A DNA stretch of 43,430 nt from Eledone cirrhosa (lineage: Eukaryota). This document shows positions 31,301 to 43,430 of this stretch, piece by piece. Positions within the stretch are counted from its first letter, which is position 1, and each line of letters begins with the position of its first letter. The notes below the pieces were generated by a model. The model was not told where the DNA came from. It saw nothing but the letters and a program-made list of their open reading frames with translations, and did no database searches. The stretch spans positions 1 to 43,430 of the forward strand of contig CAXHJY010000506.1 of the NCBI GenBank assembly GCA_964016885.1, written 5' to 3'. The translations under genes and the position numbers were made by a program.

Positions 31301-31717
31301 ATAGAATACGTCACGTATTACAATTAGATTCTCGATAAAAGCAAGGGAAGTAATCTACGCGTTTCATTCTCGTTAGAAATCATCAGGACTACATATCCAG
31401 TGCTTTTATCGAGAATGACACAGCTAGAGACTTATAGAATACTTAGCTGTGTACAGGAACTGGTTTGAAAGAGCGGTTGCCGGTCCGGCAGAAATTAGAA
31501 ATTGGAATAAATGCTCTGAAATAGCGATATATATGTGAATATAGACATAGAATATTCGAAAATATTCTGTATGTTTATAATAAACATTTTGAAGACCTAA
31601 TCGCTATAGAATAGAATACGTCACGTATTACAATTAGATTCTCGATAAAAGCAAGGGAAGTAATCTACGCGTTTCATTCTCGTTAGAAATCATCAGGACT
31701 ACATATCCAGTGCTTTT
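25337..31717. repeat. Tandem array: 20 full 310-bp units plus a 181-bp partial unit
   Basis: Units start at 25337+310n (checked at 25647 and 31537). Only one substitution seen by eye (G>T at 30679). Confidence 0.98.
25460..25502 (-). ncRNA. Minimal type I hammerhead ribozyme (first of 21 minus-strand copies, one every 310 bp, last at 31660-31702)
   Basis: Minus-strand RNA GUAGUC-CUGAUGA-U-UUCU-AACG-AGAA-U-GAAA-CGC-GUA/GAUUAC. Stem I GUAGUC/GAUUAC, core boxes CUGAUGA and GAAA, stem II UUCU/AGAA, palindromic helix III ACGCGU. Predicted cleavage after GUA (between 25466 and 25465). Confidence 0.88.
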
Positions 31718-32170
31718 AGAATCTAATTGTAATACGTGACGTATTCTATTCTATAGCGATTAGGTCTTCAAAATGTTTATTATAAACATACAGAATATTT
31801 TCGAATATTCTATGTCTATATTCACATATATATCGCTATTTCAGAGCATTTATTCCAATTTCTAATTTCTGCCGGACCGGCAACCGCTCTTTCAAACCAG
31901 TTCCTGTACACAGCTAAGTATTCTATAAGTCTCTAGCTGTGTCATTCTCGATAAAAGCACTGGATATGTAGTCCTGATGATTTCTAACGAGAATGAAACG
32001 CGTAGATTACTTCCCTTGCTTTTATCGAGAATCTAATTGTAATACGTGACGTATTCTATTCTATAGCGATTAGGTCTTCAAAATGTTTATTATAAACATA
32101 CAGAATATTTTCGAATATTCTATGTCTATATTCACATATATATCGCTATTTCAGAGCATTTATTCCAATT
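31718..32170 (+). repeat. Inverted 453-bp segment of the 310-bp repeat
   Basis: Reverse complement of 31190-31642. Confidence 0.97.
31968..32010 (+). ncRNA. Minimal type I hammerhead ribozyme, plus-strand copy
   Basis: GTAGTC CTGATGA TTTCTAACGAGAAT GAAA CGCGTA GATTAC read directly. Enclosed by a 16-bp perfect stem (31944-31959 / 32017-32032). Predicted cleavage after A32004. Confidence 0.88.
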
Positions 32171-32182
32171 ATCAATATATTT
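32171..32182 (+). other. Right target-site duplication ATCAATATATTT
   Basis: Identical to 25325-25336. Confidence 0.9.
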
Positions 32183-32439
32183 ATTTTATACTTAAACACC
32201 ATTATAGCACCTTTTAGATGACATATTCTCCCTTTCCTACGACTTTTGTCTGGTAGAATAGTGTACTTATTTTTCATTTCAGATTAGGCGTAATTATTTA
32301 TTCAATAAAAAGCATCGTTAAAGTTTAGTGTTTTTCTCTCTCCAATCTTCTATGTAAAGCATAGAATAAAGGTTCAAATCTCCACGGTTAAGTATTCTAG
32401 AGTTGTATCTTTTCTTTTCATCTTTTTTTCTGCAAGTGC

Positions 32440-32945
32440 AAAGATCTCGGGGGATTGGATGGATTGATGTCATGTGGCCAACATTAGTGGTCTTTTCAGT
32501 CAGGACGAGCTCCGCATCTCCATTGCATTCCGAGTGGGAGCCCGCCACACCGAGCTAGACCTGATCATTAAACGGGCCCTAGCTCGAGTAAATATCCCCT
32601 CAGTTTTAGGGCTGGCTGGATTATCCAGAAGTGATGGGAAGAGACCAGACGGCCTTACCTTTTGTCCTTGGCTAAGAGGCAGGTGTCTCATCTGGACGTC
32701 ACAGTCAGTGACACTTTTGCTCCATCCCACGGTAAATGTGGGGTCACTGCTTCTATTGCCGAACGGAATAAAATCCGGAAATTCAGGGATCTATCTAACA
32801 ATTATTTTTTCCAGCCTGTGGTGTTCGAGACGTTTAGTGGAGTTGGGCCGCTGGCGGCTCGCCTTACCGAGTTGTCAGACGATGCCCGTTTGTTTCAGCG
32901 CCTACCCTCGCCATCACCCGTGGTAATACTGCGAGCGTATTAGAT
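32440..32945 (+). mobile_element. CRE-clade non-LTR retrotransposon 3' fragment (RLE endonuclease domain), frameshifted
   Basis: RHTELDLIIKRALARVNIPSVL..GLSRSDGKRPDGLTFCPWLRGRCLIW / DVTVSDTFAPSH...AERNKIRKF...FQPVVFETFSGVG, the typical RPD...D-x-T PD-(D/E)xK motif set. The zinc knuckle before RH appears deleted. Confidence 0.85.
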
Positions 32946-34329
32946 TGCCTCAAAATATTACATGTTCACACTTGTGATGTGCGGCCGATTGTCGCACTTG
33001 GTGGTGAATTGATGGTCGGGTTTGTGCCCCCCCCCTCTATTTCTTCTTTTCTTTTGTATATTTTGGTGCATTGTATTTGTGAAGTTTCTAGCAATAGTTC
33101 ATCGTATTTGTTATATGTATTTATATTTTTATTCTAAAAGAATTGTGAGCAATTTGTAATGGTATTTATGTATATATTTAAAACTTAATGAAACATTCAT
33201 TTGCCTCTAATCCCACCTCATAGTCATGTAGTGAATTTATGTCAAAGTTATGTATAACCATAGGGGTACAAAGAAAATGAAATGAAATAGGTTTCAGATA
33301 CCTTCTTTTACCAAGTATGCGTTTAGCGCTCGCCTTACTAGAGTATGCGGTGATTCTCGATAGCGTGCTTGGCTATTTCAACGCCTTAGCCTTACTATCA
33401 GACGCTAGTGTCTTGTCTACATTCAAAACATTTTTAGAAGGCAACAATAACATTTCCTATGTCATACGAAAAAAAAAAAATCTATATCAATGGCAGGAAA
33501 AAGTTAGATCTTATTATCAGGAGTGAGAGGTACGAAGACGTTCGCACAGCTCTCCGACTATATATAACTGTAGGTCAAAGATGGGATCTGGCTACGTGGT
33601 TGAATAATTTTATTGATAGCTTCATCCTGATTTGAATCAGTTTGAAATAAATTTCCAGATGAAAAACATTTAAAGATTAATATAATAATAAAATAAAAAT
33701 TCATGATCTTTTAGTATTTTTTTATCATGTACTATCGAGCAAATTATGCCAAAACACCGATTTAAAATTTAAACCATTGGTTTAAAGCATACACATTTTA
33801 TCATTACAAATTCCAGACAAAATAGATCACTTCTTGTTAACGACAATAGACGGTTTCATCTTTCGTTCTCCGTAAGATATTATTTTGATGTAACCGAAAT
33901 GGATATATGCGATAAGGGAGATAAACAAAATAATTAGGATAAGTCAAACAGCTGGAACTGTTAATTTTAAAGCTTTGAATATTTTCGTATAATCTAAATT
34001 TAACTTATAGAACTTTTAAAAATACATTTTAACTTTTCACACGCATATATAAATATACTCCATGGCTTTAATTTTTATTATTGCAAAAAATATGTGAAGA
34101 GATTTGTTTTATTCCATATTGAAAATTACTGCGTAATTTTTCATGATTTTACATTAAAAACGTGTTTAATATAATTTAATAATTTTCTTCCATTCTGAGA
34201 AGCTTTGAGAATTTCGATAACTTTAATTGTTTGAGTATAGAGATAGATAAAGGTTAAAGCGGCTTAACTAATCGGCTTTTCAGAAGATTACAGCTTATTG
34301 CATCGTCGTTTTTTAATATCCCAAGTAAC

Positions 34330-34520
34330 TTCGACCTATGATTAAAGACATTCTAACAGACCTATGATTAAAGACATTCTAGCCATGACTATCTGATTTA
34401 TTTATGGGTATGTAGGACTACATTATCCAATGTGTCCTTTTCTTTTCTATATAGATGTGTGTTTTGAGGGATATATGACTACTATTTCTAGCATATCGAG
34501 CGACTACGTAGAGGCTTGCT
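34330..34520 (-). repeat. Dispersed repeat copy with an internal 23-bp duplication
   Basis: Reverse complement resembles 36560-36760. GACCTATGATTAAAGACATTCTA occurs twice (34333 and 34359). Confidence 0.6.
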
Positions 34521-36559
34521 CAATAGCTTCTTATTATGTTGTGTAAATAATTGACTTGTTTATCTCCCCTTAAACCGCGGACCATCTGTAAAACGTTATT
34601 AAGATAAAGAGAGAATCAAATAATGTTATTGAGAAGGGAACAAAATGATGATATTAAGTCGAATTAGTTGATATTAATGTCTCTTCAACAAATGTTTTCG
34701 AATCAGTTACATTAATCAGACAATGGGTGATTTTGATCTGTTGCGAATACAAAGAATTTTCTTCTTCGGCAAATGTATTTTTCAAAGAAGAAATTGTTGT
34801 GTATTATTAATATATACTGCTTTCGCTATTGTTCTTAAATATTTGGTCGGGTAAGCAGCAGCTAAACTTTGGTAGTAATTTACTAAATATAGTAAATTAC
34901 TATGTTAACATTTATCTTTTTCATAATAGAAAGGTTGCTAGAAAATGAACGAAGGATTATAAACTTTCAAAATTAAAAGTTCTTATTAGATTATATTTAA
35001 TAAAAAGGAAGTTGCATTTAGTTATTATTCTAAGTATGAAGAAAATATCTATTTTCTTGGTACTTATTTAGTCCACCAGTTTTCTAAAATCAATGAAAAG
35101 AATCTTTTAAATACTGTTATCATACAGGTTTTCTTTTATTATACAAGCTATGTAATAATTGACTAAAAGTAATTTCGTCTGAAACTTAAAACATGAAAAT
35201 AAAACCAGTCTTTTTTTAAATATGTTGCTTTTGAATGTATTATTAATGTTACGGAACGAATTTAGCGGAATGAAAATTAAGATAATTGATTTAGTCATCT
35301 CAAAGATATATGAAATTAAGTCGAAAAAAAAAAAATTATATCGGAATATATTTATTAGCTGGTAAATTTACATAAAATGTCTTTTTTTTAAAGTAGCATT
35401 TTCTGAACAATTTTACAAATGAAGAATTCCATCACAAATCATGAACATGATTTTAAACGCTTAACAAACACAAACTTAGATTTAATCATTCTATACACTC
35501 TGTATATAGGATATAGTGTTCAAACTCTTCTCTGTATACAAAAATTTCATTTACTCTACACTTTTTGATGTTTTCTTGTTCTAGATAAATACGATTTTTT
35601 TTTGTTAATAAGCAAATCGAATGTTTTATTTGATTTAACAATCCTATTCATTTTTTTCCTCAAAATCAGATGGTTGCTTGAAATGTTTAAATATCTCAAA
35701 TTCTAGGCGCTTTTTCGTTCCTGGAAACTTACAAAATTAGAAATGTTTACCTTGTCAAAAATGGAATATAATTTCATGGGCAAACGAAAGTTCATAAAGG
35801 AACGAAAGAGTTTTCAATAAGAAAAATGAAATAAACAGCAGACTGCACTGGTATCGAATAGATTCTATGAATCATCTAGTGTGACGTTTCTATTAATTCA
35901 GTCAGATCCACCAATTATTTTTGTGATTGCATTCCTAATTAACGTTAGCAGCCGATTAACTACCGAAGTGTATCTAATATTAATATAGAAGTTATCAAAT
36001 AAAAGAGATACAACTACTTTTCTTCTCTTGCATTACAGGCTTTTACATCGTATTCAATTTTGATTTTCATGTGTTGAGGATAATGACGAATTTTAACAAT
36101 TATTTAAAGATATTTGATACGTTATCATTTGTAACAAATAATTAAATAATATTTTTTCCCTTGGGAAAACTCTTTCACCTTCAACAAGATAAACACTGGG
36201 GCTCCGGATACGAAAAAGCGCCAAATTCTATAACGTTAAAAGACGCTGTAAAAACAAACAAACGAAAAACATATTTTGTGCTTTTTTTTATATTATTACA
36301 TCGAAATATTAGCTGAGTAAATAATTTTATTACTTTAGGTTTAATCCTATAAGGCAAAGAAAAACAAAACAAAACAAATATAGAACATGATATATGCCAG
36401 AATCCATTAAGATGAGTTTTAATTATGATAATATTGTTGTTATAAATCCGATAAGAACATTGTCGTTGATAAAGATAGCGTCACTATTTTATCAATTTGC
36501 TATCAAGTTATATATGAATTTCAGAATAACAAACTATCAAACGAGGGAGTTTCTACGTG

Positions 36560-36760
36560 GTGTCTCCATCTGCTAGAAATAGCAGCCAACCCTCCCTCAA
36601 ATCGCACCATTCCGTCTTAAAAAAAAAAGGATGCATTCGATAATGTAATCTTAAATACATGGCCTGATGCAAAACAGGATTGTAACTCACAACTGGAATG
36701 CCTTTGATCAAAAGTCATCAGCTCATTCAGTGCTGATCTGGGGCAAAGGAAAACAACAAA
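36560..36760 (+). repeat. Dispersed repeat family copy
   Basis: CTAGAAATAGCAGCCAA...CGTCTTAAAAA...GATAATGTA...GGAATGCCTTTGATCA, shared with 20010-20190. Confidence 0.6.
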
Positions 36761-37059
36761 TAAATGCTAAAGGCCAATAAATACGCTATTAAACGTAGCT
36801 GTCTATATAATTAGTCTTGTTCCATGTGTTCCGAGATACATTTTTATATAAACATTGTACAAGTCTGTTTTTTTCTTAACAAACTGAAAATTAATTTGTT
36901 TGAAACAAATAAAAAATAAAAGCAATGTACTTTTGGAACACTTGATTAATTCAATAAATAGATTTAATATCTATTTTTTTTAAATTAAAATAATTATTTT
37001 GTTCTGTAAACTAGATTGCCTTACAACACTGCAAGTACTCATTTCTGGCTTGAAGGCCA

Positions 37060-37262
37060 AAGCTGGTTCGGTTTGCTCAAGTCGAGAACGTGACACGCGC
37101 CAGCGAGCATTGCCGAAGTTCTGGCGGAAAGTGCCGAACGCCTTTGCCGGGGACACATAACCTTATTGTCTCAAAATGGCGCTTGCTTTCTATAGTCGCA
37201 AGCCATGGAAAGGAGTAATTGTTCGTTAACACACCCCTCAGGGTGATGTTTCGACGACCGCA
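37060..37262 (+). promoter_or_regulatory. Putative promoter/5' UTR of the ASXL-family gene
   Basis: Local GC/CpG-rich island in an AT-rich background, with a YY1-type AAAATGGCG at 37173-37181, directly upstream of the ASXL start codon. Confidence 0.55.
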
Positions 37263-37337
37263 ATGCAAACGGAGAATTCTAGAGATAAGCAATCGAAGAA
37301 AAAGAAAAGTAGAACTTGGTCAGAAGCATCCAAAATT
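37263..37337 (+). CDS. ASXL: First coding exon of an Additional-sex-combs-like (ASXL) polycomb protein, start of the HARE-HTH/ASXN domain
   Basis: Translates to MQTENSRDKQSKKKKSRTWSEASKI, followed by a perfect phase-0 donor GTAAGT at 37338. Matches the ASXL1/2 N-terminus (MKDKQKKKKERTWAEAARL), with the intron at what I recall as the equivalent position. In-frame stop upstream at 37227. Confidence 0.85.
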
Positions 37338-37789
37338 GTAAGTTGAAACTCACTCTTACCTGTCTCTTCCACTCAATATGTGTATTATTATTATTATTCG
37401 TATCGTTCGTTATTTTATATTCTTTTACAGCAATTTCTTTTATTTCATCATACATATATATATTAGTAATCTATGTATGAAGAACTAATGTATCTATTTA
37501 TTTATGTTAAAACCTATCAATATATATATACTATATACATACAATCTATCAGTATTTATACCTATGTGTGTATATATATATATATATGTGTGTGTATGTA
37601 TGTAAATGTATATATCTATATATCTATATATCTATATATATAGATATATATGTGTATGTATACATACTAATAAAGGCGACGGTGGGGAGGTGATGGTGGT
37701 CGATGTCGAATGAGTAAAATGTATGTATTTATCTCCCCAGAGACGCCGATGTTAACTTGTCTGTTATATACACGCATATCATTCAGTCA

Positions 37790-38621
<832 letters not shown>

Positions 38622-38705
38622 AATATACTCCAAATATTTGTCGAGTGCTTTTATATCAGTTATAAATATTTACTAGTTGTAACACAACAATTTAAATATA
38701 ACTTT

Positions 38706-40736
<2,031 letters not shown>

Positions 40737-40975
40737 GTTGTTTACTCGAGAGAAGGCTACGTTGGTATGGACACGTGATGCGCATGAAAGTCGATAGCTG
40801 TATAACAAAGTGCAGGGCAATAAAGATAGACGGTAGTCACGGAATAGGCAGACCTAGAAAAACCTGGGACGAGCTGATAAACTCCGACATCACACACTTA
40901 CACCTCTCCAAGACAATGTCACTGACCGAGACCTTTGGCGGTACTCAGTAACAGAGAAGACCCGCCTTACCTAAA
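40737..40975 (+). mobile_element. RTE-clade LINE ORF2 C-terminal fragment
   Basis: Frame from 40742: [50 protein letters not shown].../DRDLWR. Confidence 0.85.
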
Positions 40976-41089
40976 TATATAGTAAAACCTACTCCAGCCA
41001 GTAGGCATCTCTAACAAAATACACCCCGTCCCACCACCCCCCACCCCCACCCCATCCACACCACCCCGTTCTATGTAAAGTTATGTTGG

Positions 41090-41375
41090 TGCCGCGCCAT
41101 CGAGGCCGAGACAAATGAGATCGTGTAGGTGTCACGACAAAAAAAACACACAGTCCACGCTGTAATGTGGCCGTGTAGGCAACACGGTAAAAACCTCCCA
41201 GACCCACACTGTAAATGTGGTTGGTGTTAGGAAGGGCATCCAACTGTAGAAAACCTGCCAGACAGTCCTATGCGAGCAAGACAATCACTCTTGCCTCAAG
41301 TGGGACTAGCCCGTCCAAACCCATGCAAGCGTGGAACACGGACGTTAAACGTTGATGATGATGATGATGATGATG
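41090..41375 (+). mobile_element. RTE-related SINE/3' region ending in a (GAT)n tail
   Basis: GGTTGGTGTTAGGAAGGGCATCCAACTGTAGAAAACCTGCC motif, then CCGTCCAAACCCATGCAAGCGTGGAACACGGACGTTAAACG and a (GAT)7 tail. A decayed reverse copy lies near 18950-19060. Confidence 0.65.

Positions 41376-43430
<2,055 letters not shown>

Larger units (their letters stand above)
25337..32170 (-). mobile_element. Multimeric hammerhead-ribozyme retroelement (non-LTR retrozyme-like) with 5' inversion
   Basis: 310-bp non-coding monomers, each carrying a hammerhead motif; inverted terminal segment; 12-bp TSD. Confidence 0.85.

Noticed and set aside
25337-31717. CRISPR array, rDNA/5S or snRNA cluster
   Set aside because: Units are identical with no unique spacers, there are no cas genes, and I see no similarity to 5S, tRNA or snRNA.
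34873-34902. 13-bp inverted repeat TAGTAATTTACTA / TAGTAAATTACTA
   Set aside because: Short and AT-rich with no supporting context; plausibly chance or local slippage.
37077-37292. 71-aa minus-strand ORF over the GC-rich island
   Set aside because: It has a non-ATG start and is antisense to the better-supported ASXL exon and promoter.

Overview
AT-rich eukaryotic DNA, probably from a cephalopod or other mollusc (inferred from the SINE families and the kilobase-scale TA microsatellites; not verified). About 40% of the window is (TA)n/(TATG)n/(TACA)n microsatellite, and every long Y/I/M/C/V/H-rich ORF in the track is an artefact of it. The main feature is a 6.8-kb insertion at 25337-32170. It holds 20.6 near-identical 310-bp monomers plus a 453-bp inverted terminal segment and is flanked by a perfect 12-bp target-site duplication (ATCAATATATTT). 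Each monomer carries a minimal type I hammerhead ribozyme (CUGAUGA...GAAACGCGUA) on the minus strand inside an extended stem. It looks like a very young multimeric non-LTR retrozyme (or Penelope-like-element-mobilised) insertion with a 5' inversion. Other features: a higher-order tandem array of a short RTE-derived element embedded in microsatellite (1-9224); decayed RTE, RTE-X and CRE LINE fragments; tRNA-type SINEs, including a head-to-head inverted pair; piggyBac-like and hAT-like MITEs; and a 75-bp first coding exon of an ASXL-family gene (37263-37337) that the ORF track misses.
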